Shown here: piece after piece, positions 39,540 through 48,863 of the stretch
Layout: every line of letters starts with the position of its first letter
How positions within the stretch are numbered: position 1 is the first letter of the stretch
Source of the DNA: a virus
IMG/VR virus record: IMGVR_UViG_3300047472_000231
Location: 12,640 to 76,639 of that record
Length of the DNA stretch: 64,000 nt
Strand: one strand, 5' to 3'
Notes under the pieces: model-generated
What the model saw: only the letters and a program-made list of their open reading frames with translations
Database searches by the model: none
What the model was told of the DNA's origin: nothing
Made by a program: the position numbers and the translations under genes

Positions 39540-40678
39540 CCGCCCACCTCCCCACCCAGTCGGCCGGGCAGTCGATCGCGCTGCCCGGCTCGGACCTGTT
39601 CGAAGAAGTCCGCCGCAAGCTCGTCGACGACCTCGGCATGGTGCAGGTCGACCGGCGCGGCCAAGAGCGCATCTACCGGCCCCGCGCCGAACTCGTCGCC
39701 GAAGCCGTCACCCCCGAGACGTTCGTCATGGTCATGGACTGGCTGTCCTCCACCCGGCGCGGCAGCCTCCAGACCAAACGCAACTACGTCGACGACATCC
39801 GCCGCGTCTGGGGCGGCTACGCGCAAGAACTGGGCCACGAGCGGTTCTTCCTCGGCTGCTTCACTGCCGACCACATCCGCGCCTGGCGCCTCCGCATGGA
39901 AGGCCGCGGGAACCCGCCGACGACGATCGCCCGCTACCTCAACGCGCTCTCCTCGCTCCACACCTACGCCGCCGAAAAGATCGACCTCCCCAAGAACCCC
40001 GTCACCCAAGACGACCGACCCAAAGTCGACAAGGGCAACACCTCCCGCAGCACCCCCGTACTGGAGGTCGAGGAGATCCAAGCCGTCGCCAACGCCGCAG
40101 AGAACGAGTTCGACGCCCTCGTCGTCCTCCTCCTCTACACCCTCGCCGGACGCGTCACCGAAATGGTCGCCGCCGACGTCGACAAGAGGATCGAACGCGG
40201 ACGCCGCTCCTACCTCGACGTCACCCGCAAAGAACACAAGGAACGCATCCTCCCGCTCCCCGTCACCGTCGCCGAACTCCTCGACGCCCACACGGTCGGC
40301 CGCACCGAAGGCCCGCTCCTCCTCGACGCCGACGGCCGCCGGCTCGACCGGCACGACGTCGCCCGACTCCTCACCCGCCTCGGCCGCAAAGCCCGCGTCC
40401 TCACCTGCCCGGCCGTCGACAAGCCGGGGCACGCCTTCACCCGGTGCAAAATCTGCCGGAAGCTCACCCCCCACGTCCTCCGCGCCAGCCGAATCACCCA
40501 CATGCTCGACGCCGGCGAACCCCTCGCCGAAGTCCAAGCCTTCGCCGACCACGACAACCCCGCCACCACCGTCGGCTACTGGAACCGCCGCAAGAAGGGC
40601 GAGCGGAACGCCGCCCACGTCGACGCAGCCGAAGCCCTGTTCGCCGGGATCACCGACCGCTTTCGCCCGATCGCCTGA
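39536..40678 (+). CDS. Xer-like tyrosine recombinase (second recombinase)
   Basis: SAM-like N-domain; AGRVTE (R), TRK, PHVLRAS (HxxR), DHDNPATTVGY (H/Y). Confidence 0.9.
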   Translation: MTAHLPTQSAGQSIALPGSDLFEEVRRKLVDDLGMVQVDRRGQERIYRPRAELVAEAVTPETFVMVMDWLSSTRRGSLQTKRNYVDDIRRVWGGYAQELGHERFFLGCFTADHIRAWRLRMEGRGNPPTTIARYLNALSSLHTYAAEKIDLPKNPVTQDDRPKVDKGNTSRSTPVLEVEEIQAVANAAENEFDALVVLLLYTLAGRVTEMVAADVDKRIERGRRSYLDVTRKEHKERILPLPVTVAELLDAHTVGRTEGPLLLDADGRRLDRHDVARLLTRLGRKARVLTCPAVDKPGHAFTRCKICRKLTPHVLRASRITHMLDAGEPLAEVQAFADHDNPATTVGYWNRRKKGERNAAHVDAAEALFAGITDRFRPIA

Positions 40679-40686
40679 ACAAGCGA

Positions 40687-40719
40687 ACGCCCCCGCAGTC
40701 GTCGGGCTGCGGGGGCGTG
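40687..40719. terminator. Hairpin terminator
   Basis: ACGCCCCCGCAG...CTGCGGGGGCGT. Confidence 0.6.
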
Positions 40720-40932
40720 CATTGTTTGGTGCGGCCCGCCGGGCGGGTTTTCCCGCGCCCGTGTCGCTGCGAACGACCGCGGGCCGCCCGGACACGCTAA
40801 GCGGAATGTGGCCGTCCTGCCAGAGACCGGCGTCACATTTGCCTCGCGCTCGCCTCGCACCCCCATCAGGCGGGCGCTCGTGCGTCGGCCCTCGACTTGC
40901 CCCATAATTCGAACGCGCGCTCTAATCGACCC

Positions 40933-41157
40933 ATGGGCCACTACAAGGTGCCGCACCTCACCGAAACCCAGGAGCGGATCCTCCGCTGCATCCGCCAGGC
41001 CATCGCCGACCGCGGCGAGGCGCCGACCGTGCAGGAGATCGGGGATCGGGTCGGCATGCGCAGCCGCGCCTCCGTGCACTACCAGCTGGGGGAACTGGAG
41101 ACGAAGGGCGCGATCCGCCGCGAGCGCGGCCGACGCCGCGGGATCCGGCTGGCGTGA
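40933..41157 (+). CDS. Stand-alone LexA-type DNA-binding domain (no peptidase domain)
   Basis: LTETQERIL...PTVQEIGDRVGMRSRASVHYQLGELETKGAIRR. Confidence 0.8.
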   Translation: MGHYKVPHLTETQERILRCIRQAIADRGEAPTVQEIGDRVGMRSRASVHYQLGELETKGAIRRERGRRRGIRLA

Positions 41158-41369
41158 TGGACGACCAGCGCTATCACCTCACCCTGTCGACCGGCGGCCG
41201 GCCCGTCATGCACGGGTGGTGGGGCAAGCGGGCGACGGCTGACGACAAGTTCCGCCGCTGGATCGGCGAGCACGGGACCGTCGACGGCGCCCGGGTCGTC
41301 CTCGTCGACGAGCAGGAGCAGCTGGTCCTCGCGTCCTGGCCCGACGAGGCGGACGGCCTGCCAGACTGA
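41157..41369 (+). CDS. Hypothetical protein
   Basis: Coupled to the LexA-like gene. Confidence 0.55.
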   Translation: MDDQRYHLTLSTGGRPVMHGWWGKRATADDKFRRWIGEHGTVDGARVVLVDEQEQLVLASWPDEADGLPD

Positions 41370-41410
41370 TACCGCCCCCGTCGCAATCCCCCGTCGGCGG
41401 GGGCGCCTCG

Positions 41411-41433
41411 TTGTCAGTGGCCGCCCCTAGAGT
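41411..41433 (+). promoter_or_regulatory. RecA-NDp/PafBC-type DNA-damage promoter
   Basis: TTGTCAGTG-N8-TAGAGT matches tTGTCRgtg-8nt-TAnnnT. Confidence 0.6.
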
Positions 41434-41518
41434 GGACGTCAACATAACGACTAGCCAGTCGGGTTGTTGCTGATGCCCCGCCCCGGCGTGATGCACCGGG
41501 CGCGGGGCTCGCTGCTAT

Positions 41519-41719
41519 CTAGGCCGCTGTCTCGTACCGCACGAGCGTCTTGAGTCCGAGCTCGACGTCCATCCGCCGCAGCCCGGACTCCGCCGCGAAC
41601 GCGCCGACCGCCTCGTGTACGGCGCGCGCCGTGTCCAGGGTCAGCTCGCCACGCTGGATCTCAGCCCAGGAGGTGCGGGCCAGCGCGATCAGATCTTCAG
41701 GAAATTCGATAGATGCCAC
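41519..41719 (-). CDS. Small hypothetical protein (leaderless)
   Basis: TAGGAT-N6-GTG. Confidence 0.55.
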   Translation of the reverse strand: MASIEFPEDLIALARTSWAEIQRGELTLDTARAVHEAVGAFAAESGLRRMDVELGLKTLVRYETAA

Positions 41720-41728
41720 CGGGAGATC

Positions 41729-41920
41729 CTAGGCGGCGGTGGTCACGTCCCCGCGCTCGACCTGCCGCAGCTCGGCCAGCAGCAGCTGATACTCGGCCCG
41801 CCGCTCGGCATTGAGCGGCAGCGTGGGGTGTGTGCCCGGCCCCGTCCAGAGCGCACGGATCCGCGCGTTCAGCTCCGCAGCCGAGCGCGGAGAGCCGTCA
41901 GGCGGGGGAGTGGGGGGCAT
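41729..41920 (-). CDS. Small hypothetical protein under a RecA-NDp-like promoter
   Basis: TGACAGTG-N8-TAGGCT-N6-ATG on the minus strand. Confidence 0.55.
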   Translation of the reverse strand: MPPTPPPDGSPRSAAELNARIRALWTGPGTHPTLPLNAERRAEYQLLLAELRQVERGDVTTAA

Positions 41921-41952
41921 GGATCAAGCCTAGCGGCGCCCACTGTCAGCGG

Positions 41953-42213
41953 TCAGCCCTCTGCAGGCGGCTCGACGATGAACGTCCCCTTGCTGGCCAC
42001 GGTCTGCGCCAGCCCGCGATCCCGCAGCTCCTGAATGACCCGCCGGGCTGTCCCGTAGGCGATCCGGTACTGGTCGGCGAGCTCCCGCTCTCCGGGAAGC
42101 CGCGCGCCCGGCTGTAGCTGCCCGGCCTCGATGCGGGCCTGGATGTTGTCGGCGACTTGCACGTACACGTACACGGGCGAGTTCGGATCCACCACCGACG
42201 CTTGATCATCCAT
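41953..42213 (-). CDS. GntR-family wHTH regulator (DNA-binding domain only)
   Basis: YVQVADNIQARIEAGQLQPGARLPGERELADQYRIAYGTARR...KGTFI. Confidence 0.85.
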   Translation of the reverse strand: MDDQASVVDPNSPVYVYVQVADNIQARIEAGQLQPGARLPGERELADQYRIAYGTARRVIQELRDRGLAQTVASKGTFIVEPPAEG

Positions 42214-42819
42214 GCCGTCAACGTAGGACGCCATGCACCCCCATGCGTCGACAGGAGGCCGCATGGTGCTGCATGTGGCGGTATGGAGCAGTGTGTAGCG
42301 GTAGCCTGCAATTGCAAGAGCCCCCGAGGCGCAGGCAGCGCACCCCAGGGGCAGTGCCGACGAACTGGAGCCGTCGACGTGGACGAGCGTAGAGAACCCC
42401 CACCCCCGCCCGTAACCCGGCCGCCGGTCATAACCTCGGTCGCCGGAAACCTCTCCCCTCTTCAGCAGGCCTACAGTCGCTACGTCACCCACACCACGAA
42501 CTGCGACGTCTGCCGGGACCTCGACCGCGGGCGGTGCAAGGAGTCCGAGCGGCTGTGGAACGCCTACCGGGCGCAGGGGGATGAGGCGTACCAGCGGCTG
42601 TCCGAAGAGGCGTGACGGGATCTTGCCCGACAGGCACTAAACGGGCGCTGGCGTTGCCGCCAAGGTAAGCGCTGGCCACGGCTTGACCTGCGGTTACGGA
42701 AACGTGCGGGATACACAAGATGCGCGCAGATATATGCAACCTTCACACTTCCCTTACGACCTGCCGTGCTGTTGACTCGGACTCAAGTCGCAACGGAACA
42801 ACTCCTTCCGGGCGTCCCC

Positions 42820-43071
42820 CTAGCCGTGGAAGAGGTCAGTGACGTGCACCCGCAGGGCGTGAGCAATGAGCAGCAGATCCGAATACTGCGGGTCCCGCAC
42901 CGCGTTCTCGTAGCGCTGGATCGACCGCCGCTCCAAGCCGGCGAGGTGGGCGAGCTGCTCCTGCGATAACTCCGCCTGCCGTCGCAGATCGGCGATGCGG
43001 TGGCCGAGGGCTCTTCGGCGGTCGAGGACCCAGTCGGGTCGGGGATTGCGGCGGGCTGGCACCCGGGACAC
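42820..43071 (-). CDS. XRE-family HTH protein
   Basis: LRRQAELSQEQLAHLAGLERRSIQRYE. Confidence 0.8.
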   Translation of the reverse strand: MSRVPARRNPRPDWVLDRRRALGHRIADLRRQAELSQEQLAHLAGLERRSIQRYENAVRDPQYSDLLLIAHALRVHVTDLFHG

Positions 43072-43270
43072 GCTTCGGCGTCAACGATCTTGTGTCAGTA
43101 CCCAAATGGTCGCCACTTGAGAAAGATGGGAATCCGTGCGACGGACCGTCAGCCTCCCCGCGTAGAGCAGATGCGGGAGCCGCTCCATGGGGGCGGCACC
43201 TCGACGACACAGCGTGCAAGCCCTGCGACGCTCTGGCATATGCCGCAGGGCTCCAGGTAGTGTCTTGGAA

Positions 43271-43286
43271 TCGAACGCCCGTTCGC
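43271..43286. promoter_or_regulatory. Actinobacterial LexA (SOS) box
   Basis: TCGAAC-GCCC-GTTCGC versus consensus TCGAAC-N4-GTTCGA. Confidence 0.55.
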
Positions 43287-43393
43287 TCGATCGGGTGAAC
43301 AACGCCCAACCCGCGCTTCCCGCTGGCCTCAGCGGGAACTAGCGCAAGACCCCCAGCACCCCCTACACACGCACCCTCTGCGGGAGACGCTCC

Positions 43394-43645
43394 ATGGACC
43401 GACAGCAGATCCTCGACCTCTACGAGTGGGAGCTAGGGGTCTGCTTCCGGCACCCCTCCAAAGGCGAGGTCCCGACGGCCCACGTCGAAACGATCCGCCC
43501 GCCGGCAGGAGGGCTGCAGGACGTTCGAGCTTGCAGCGAGTGCGTAGTCGACATGGAGGCGCACCGTCAGGCGACCGCCCTGCGCCACGGCGAGCCCTAC
43601 TCCCCGGGACACCTGGCAGACTCGCAGGATGGACAACAGGCCTGA
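43394..43645 (+). CDS. Small Cys-containing hypothetical protein
   Basis: GGGAGA RBS; CFRH...CSEC. Confidence 0.55.
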   Translation: MDRQQILDLYEWELGVCFRHPSKGEVPTAHVETIRPPAGGLQDVRACSECVVDMEAHRQATALRHGEPYSPGHLADSQDGQQA

Positions 43646-43672
43646 CCGGAGGGCCGGTAGGGGTGGATTTCC

Positions 43673-44065
43673 GGGGAGCGTCTGGGGAGAATGGGCGGCG
43701 GGGGAGCGCTCGGGGGGCGCCAGGTTACTCGGTACCGTTCGACTGTGTTCCGCTAAGTTCTCCAGTGCTTCGCTGGTCAGCGGGGTGACGGAGACTCACC
43801 GAGCCAAAGCCCCAAGTCACGCTCCCCAGCGATGACATATGGAGAACATCTGGCTCCGTACCAAGAGGTACAACGCCTCCGGGAGCGTCGTCTCCGGTAC
43901 GGGCGGGGTCTGCTATCTGTACTTCCCGGCGAAGCTTTCCCCAGCTCAGGAGCGTGCACTGGCCGCCGTGGGGGTCCGCTGAGCGCACAATGAGGGCCGC
44001 TCCCGATATCGTGGGAGAGGCCCTCATTCGCGTGATCGAAAGCGCCTGGGGAGTATCTGGGGAGA
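43673..44065. other. Putative attP region with arm-type repeats
   Basis: GGGGAGcgTCTGGGGAGA at 43673-43690 and GGGGAGtaTCTGGGGAGA at 44048-44065, next to the integrase stop. Confidence 0.6.
43989..44028. terminator. Hairpin terminator downstream of the integrase
   Basis: AATGAGGGCC...GGCCCTCATT. Confidence 0.6.
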
Positions 44066-44069
44066 TCTT

Positions 44070-45362
44070 TTAGGAAGATCCCTCGAACCAGTTCTGCATC
44101 GCCGTGCGGCCCCGCCCGTCTGCCTCCGGCATCATGTGCGCGTAGATCCTCAACGTGATCGACGCGTTCTCGTGCCCCAGCCACTGAGAGACTGCCACGA
44201 TCGGCTCCCGCGCATCCAGCTGCACCGACGCGAACGTGTGCCGCAGGGCATGGAACCCGTTCTCCCGGCTCTCCGCGTAGGTCTTCACCGTGCGGGTCAC
44301 ACCGGGGCGCGACGCGATCGGCTGCTTCGTTACCTCAGGCGGTCCGATGACGCCCGCCCCCGAGAGGGCCGGCTTCCAGATGCGCGTGTCCCAGGCGTCT
44401 CGGCGCATCCCGCCCCCGTTCGGCCCGGGAAGGATGAGCGCGTGCTCCCGCGGCTCCCGCAGCTCCTTCTCGCGCTCCGTCTCGCCCGGGGCGGGGTTCG
44501 ACCACGGCAGCTTCACCAACTGCGCGGGCCGTGCAGCCAGATGATCCGAAATACGCTTCAGGAGATACGACGGCACCGGCACGTCCCGCGTCTTCTGCCC
44601 CTTCGGCAGCGCGTAGCAGAGTTTGGATCCGACCTTCTTGATCTGCCGCCTGACGTGGATCCGCTCGTTCTCCTCGTCGATGTCCTCCAGGGCGAGCCCG
44701 AAGACCTCGCCGGCCCTCAGGCCGGCCCCGACGCCGATGTCGACGGCGATCTGGAACCGCGGGTCCATCGCCTTTTGAACGGCAAGCACCCGCTCCTTGT
44801 CCCAGGCGCGCGGCTTCGGTGACGGCCGCGAGGGGGGCCGCACCGACTGCTGGGAACGGCAGTAGTTTTTGGTGATCCGTTCGTCATCGACTGCCGACTG
44901 CAGGATCGAAGCCAGGTAGTGCCAGGCCTCATTGACCGTCCCCGGGCCGACGCCGCCTTTGAGCTCGGCGAGCCAGCGTTTCAGCTGGGGCGTCTTGACC
45001 GCGTTCAACTGCAGGTTGCCGAGGTGCGGAAGGATGTGCGTCCAGACCCGGCTGTGCACCGTGTTCGCCGTCGCCGGGTCGTCGTAGCCCTTGTTCGGCC
45101 ACCACTCCTCCTCGATGTAGTCCCGGAGGAGGAGTTCGCCGCGGCGTGGATCGATGAACTCCCCTGCCGACGCCTGGTGCTGAGCCTTCGCCAGCCAGGC
45201 CTTCGCCCCCTTGACGCCGGTCAGGTTGTCGAAGGAGCGAGCCCGGACGCCGGGGATCCCGGCGACCTTGTAGCGCTTGCCCTGGCCGTTTCGGTCGGTG
45301 GGCAGGCTGCGCTTCCCATCGGGGCCCTTCTTGTACCAGCGGTCTTCGATGTATCCGGGCAT
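44070..45362 (-). CDS. int: Tyrosine integrase
   Basis: GLRAGE, FHALRHTFAS, LGHENASITLRIYAH; N-terminal arm-binding region. Confidence 0.92.
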   Translation of the reverse strand: MPGYIEDRWYKKGPDGKRSLPTDRNGQGKRYKVAGIPGVRARSFDNLTGVKGAKAWLAKAQHQASAGEFIDPRRGELLLRDYIEEEWWPNKGYDDPATANTVHSRVWTHILPHLGNLQLNAVKTPQLKRWLAELKGGVGPGTVNEAWHYLASILQSAVDDERITKNYCRSQQSVRPPSRPSPKPRAWDKERVLAVQKAMDPRFQIAVDIGVGAGLRAGEVFGLALEDIDEENERIHVRRQIKKVGSKLCYALPKGQKTRDVPVPSYLLKRISDHLAARPAQLVKLPWSNPAPGETEREKELREPREHALILPGPNGGGMRRDAWDTRIWKPALSGAGVIGPPEVTKQPIASRPGVTRTVKTYAESRENGFHALRHTFASVQLDAREPIVAVSQWLGHENASITLRIYAHMMPEADGRGRTAMQNWFEGSS

Positions 45363-45386
45363 GCGGTGTCCACTTCGTGGTTCGCG

Positions 45387-45836
45387 TCAGGCGGCGCGGC
45401 TGTCGGGCGAGTCCATGGTGATGATCTCCCCGTGCCACAGCTGGAACCACTGTCCTCCGGCCAGGAAGCGCTCGGTGGCGGGGTTCAGGGCGCGAACGAA
45501 CTCTTCCGTTGTGGCGTTGGTTGAGACGTGGACCTTGACGAGTCCGCACGATTCACGGACCTCTACGCACCGGACGCGATCTATCTTGTCGTCGGGTTCG
45601 TACTCGACGGTGAGCGGGCTCTCGGGGGAGTCGGCGCTGATGATCTGGCCTCGCCAGATCTGGAACCAGCCGCAGTGGGCGAGGAACGCCTTGAGCGCGG
45701 CGTTGAGGGCCTCGGTGTACTGCTCTGCCGGAACGTCCGGATTGATCTTTACGCTGATGTGTCCGCGGGATTCGCGGATTTCGACGATCCGGCCTGGGTC
45801 GAGGTCTCTGGTTGCTTCGTAGACGACGCGCAGCAT
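45387..45836 (-). CDS. Hypothetical protein with an internal two-fold repeat
   Basis: Two ~70-aa repeats ending WFQIWRGQIISADSP and WFQLWHGEIITMDSP; GGGAGG RBS. Confidence 0.65.
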   Translation of the reverse strand: MLRVVYEATRDLDPGRIVEIRESRGHISVKINPDVPAEQYTEALNAALKAFLAHCGWFQIWRGQIISADSPESPLTVEYEPDDKIDRVRCVEVRESCGLVKVHVSTNATTEEFVRALNPATERFLAGGQWFQLWHGEIITMDSPDSRAA

Positions 45837-45994
45837 GCACCCTCCCGGTGTCACGGTACGCGTGGGCGCAATGCGCCGGACGCGCACGGTTGTGGAAGGG
45901 TACGCCGAGTGAGCGGACGTCGACAATCAGTTGAAGAGAATGTCTACTTGAGGACTTTTTCAGTCAACCTGCGACACGGGGCGCGACGCCACCG

Positions 45995-46426
45995 CTACTC
46001 GTTGTCGTGCCGCGCGCGCTCGTCGGCTTCAATCATCGCGCGCCAACGCCGCAGCTCAGGCTCAGACATGCCCGCCAAGTGGCCCACGATGATGCGAACG
46101 TTGTCGTTGTAGCCCGCAAGTTCCGTGGCCTCATATTCCAGCCACTGCGACGCTGCGGCGGCCTTGAGGCGCCGCTCGCTCACGTTGAGGGCCTTGGAGA
46201 GGGCCTTGATCTGCTTGGGGCTGGGGGAGTTCGCCGGCGGGTTGACGACGAGCCGTTGCAGGTAGGGCTTGGACAGCTTGGTGCCGGACTCGGGGTCGAC
46301 GGCACGCTCGGACATCTTCTGGTAGGAGAGGCCTCGGTCGTTCGCGTCCTGGATGAGCTGCGAGAGCGCACCCCGGGGACTCGGCTCGTCCGTACCGGTT
46401 GCCCGGTCGGGGGCCGCTGCCGTCAT
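45995..46426 (-). CDS. Immunity repressor (XRE-like)
   Basis: GLSYQKMSER...LSKPYLQRL; divergent from the cro-like and excisionase genes. Confidence 0.7.
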   Translation of the reverse strand: MTAAAPDRATGTDEPSPRGALSQLIQDANDRGLSYQKMSERAVDPESGTKLSKPYLQRLVVNPPANSPSPKQIKALSKALNVSERRLKAAAASQWLEYEATELAGYNDNVRIIVGHLAGMSEPELRRWRAMIEADERARHDNE

Positions 46427-46668
46427 GTCCTCTTCCTCTCGGGTCACGTCAGATACCGACTGTCTCTGTAGATACGTGCGGGCGCCCGAAAATTACCAGG
46501 TCAGTCAGTACAACCTTCCTGGATCCGAGACAGTTCGTCTACAAGTCGATGCTATCCAGCCAAGACTCTTACCGATACTCGACCCTCGGTCGTCTCGGAT
46601 CTGTAGACGAAACGGCTCCACTGTGCTTTGCTGTGTTAGGCAAACACACCGCACCACTCGGGGGCATC

Positions 46669-46965
46669 GTGAGCCGACGTGCAAGCAGACGCTGGACCCT
46701 ACGCAGCGTCGAGATCCTCAAGCACTACATGGAATTTCCGGGCCGAGGGCAATCCTTCTCGGTCCGCGGCCTGGCCGAAGACTCAGGGGTCAGTAAGGGC
46801 GTCATAGAGAACCTTCTGGCCGGCAGGCAGGACAACGCTGACGTCGATGATGCGACCGCCCTCTCGGAGGCCGTCGGTAGCGCGATCTTCCCCCTTTTCG
46901 CGCCTCCACCGTCTCCAGATATGAACCAAACGTCTCGTCCCCCCACCCCCATCAGTGAGGAATAG
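46669..46965 (+). CDS. Cro-like HTH protein
   Basis: FSVRGLAEDSGVSKGVIENL; first rightward gene of the switch. Confidence 0.65.
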   Translation: MSRRASRRWTLRSVEILKHYMEFPGRGQSFSVRGLAEDSGVSKGVIENLLAGRQDNADVDDATALSEAVGSAIFPLFAPPPSPDMNQTSRPPTPISEE

Positions 46966-46969
46966 ACCA

Positions 46970-47197
46970 ATGCCGAACAAGCCCAAGCCCCCGCCGAAGG
47001 GCTGGCTCTGGAGTGAAGACGCCGCCGACTACCTGGGTGTCCACGTCGTCACCCTCTACCGCTGGCGACGCGACGACATCGGACCAGAAAGCAAGCGCCA
47101 CGGTGCCCGTCGCTACCGCTACAAGATCAGCGAACTCGACGCCTGGATGAACGGCGACCACGCCGGCGCCAGCGAGATGAGCCACACCGCCGCCTAA
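46970..47197 (+). CDS. Excisionase-like HTH protein
   Basis: EDAADYLGVHVVTLYRWR...YKISELDAWM. Confidence 0.75.
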   Translation: MPNKPKPPPKGWLWSEDAADYLGVHVVTLYRWRRDDIGPESKRHGARRYRYKISELDAWMNGDHAGASEMSHTAA

Positions 47198-47457
47198 CGC
47201 GGCAAGCCCCCACCGCCGGGCTTCCACACACCGGCAGCAGGGGCCTCGCGGCCCGAGAGCCGCAGCGATCCACCCCGCAACCTCACGAAACGAAAGGGGC
47301 TTCACGTGCCTCGATCATCCCAGACTCCCAGGCCGAAGCCGCCGGTGCTGACGCCGGAGCAGAAGGCTCGCGCGATCGACCAGCGCAACGAGCAGGCCCG
47401 CACTCGCCCGGTCGCCCCCGTCCTCAAGGGCGCACCGAAGCCGACGGACGGTGCCCG

Positions 47458-48066
47458 ATGAGCGACTACTCCGAGTCCGCTGCCCGGTTCGCCCGGGAGA
47501 CGCGCGGCCACGAGATGACCGTCGAGCACGAGGACGGCTTGTACCGGCACCTCAAGTTCATGACCGAGGGGCGCGGCAGCATCGGCTCGTTCCAGCTGAT
47601 CACGTGGCCGTACAACCTGGTCGTGAAGACGGGCTGGACGTTCCACTTCGACATCGACGCCACCCCGGACATGTTCGACCTGTTCCGGAACACCGCTTTC
47701 AGCGGCGAGATCAACCCGAGCTACTGGCAGGAGAAGGTCCGCGCGGGCCGCGACGAGATCGACGGCTTCTCCGACGGCCTGTTCGAGCAGCAGGTCAAGC
47801 AGCACGTCGTCGAAGCCATCCGTAGTGGCGACGCGCCGCGTGGCATCGGTGCCGAGGTCACCCGAGAGATCTTCGAGTGGGGCGACATCTCCCACGAGGC
47901 GGGCGCCCGACGGGCGTTGGAGGACTTCCGCTTCCAGGAGTGGACCTTCGGTGAGACGTGGGAGTGGAACTTCCGCGACTACACGCCGGGCTTCCTGCAC
48001 TCGTGCCACGCGATCCGTCACGGCATCGACATGTACGACGCCGCCCCGAAGGCGGTGGCCGCGTGA
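47458..48066 (+). CDS. Conserved phage hypothetical protein
   Basis: DGLYRHL...LITWP...INPSYWQEK. Confidence 0.65.
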   Translation: MSDYSESAARFARETRGHEMTVEHEDGLYRHLKFMTEGRGSIGSFQLITWPYNLVVKTGWTFHFDIDATPDMFDLFRNTAFSGEINPSYWQEKVRAGRDEIDGFSDGLFEQQVKQHVVEAIRSGDAPRGIGAEVTREIFEWGDISHEAGARRALEDFRFQEWTFGETWEWNFRDYTPGFLHSCHAIRHGIDMYDAAPKAVAA

Positions 48067-48863
48067 ACGCCGCCGAGTTCAACGCCCGCTACCCGATTGG
48101 TACTCCGGTCTTCGCCTACCCGGGCTGCCGCCCGGAGGACGACGCGAACGACGAGCGTCTCGTCACCTTCACCCGCAGCAAGGCGGAGGTGCTGGGCGGC
48201 CACACCGACGTCGTCTGGGTCGACGGGCACGGCGCCTGCATCGCCCTCGCCCACATCGACGTGCGGGCCGACGACGACGCGCCAGTCGGTATCACCAACC
48301 CCGCCCTGGCCGCCGGGATCGCCGAGCTGGGCGTCCCGCTGTCGGCGGACTGGGCGCCGCAGCCCGCCACCCCCCGCTGGCACCAGCTTCGCACCGAGCT
48401 GATCCGCACGTTCCGCCCCTACATGCCGGAGACGGCCGCGACCAAGGCAGTCGACACGCTCGACGAGGTGATCACGGAGGCGCTGCTGGAGGGCACCGCC
48501 GAGATCCGGCGCCTGAAGGACGAGCTGGAGCGGCGCACTGAAGACCTCGCCTTCCTGGAGCGGACCACTCTCCCGGAGCTGCGCCGCACGATCCAGCGCC
48601 ACGAGGACGGCAAGAAGCGCTGGCGCGACCGGGCAGAAAAGGCGGAGGGCGAGCGTGCTCGCTTCAAGGCGGCCTGGCAGTCGGCCCGCTTCCGGGCGCA
48701 GGCCTACAGCGAGGGCATCCTCCGCGTCGTCAGCGACCGCGAGCAGTACCAGGTCTGGCTGAAGCAGGCCGAGGCCAAGCTCCTCAAGCTCCAGTACGGC
48801 TGCGAGACGCCCGAGAGCCACCTGCACGGCTGCTCCTGCATTCGGGCCGGGGGTGCGTCGTGA
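48063..48863 (+). CDS. Hypothetical protein
   Basis: FNARYPIGTPV...TRSKA; C-terminal coiled coil. Confidence 0.6.
   Translation: MNAAEFNARYPIGTPVFAYPGCRPEDDANDERLVTFTRSKAEVLGGHTDVVWVDGHGACIALAHIDVRADDDAPVGITNPALAAGIAELGVPLSADWAPQPATPRWHQLRTELIRTFRPYMPETAATKAVDTLDEVITEALLEGTAEIRRLKDELERRTEDLAFLERTTLPELRRTIQRHEDGKKRWRDRAEKAEGERARFKAAWQSARFRAQAYSEGILRVVSDREQYQVWLKQAEAKLLKLQYGCETPESHLHGCSCIRAGGAS

Noticed and set aside
39536-40678. Integrase of a separate inserted element or invertase of a tail-fibre shufflon
   Set aside because: No flanking att-like duplications or multiple inverted crossover sites were seen around the tail genes; only one dif-like site was found
43690-44048. tRNA gene or tRNA-derived att core
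   Set aside because: No cloverleaf or T-arm/CCA end could be built
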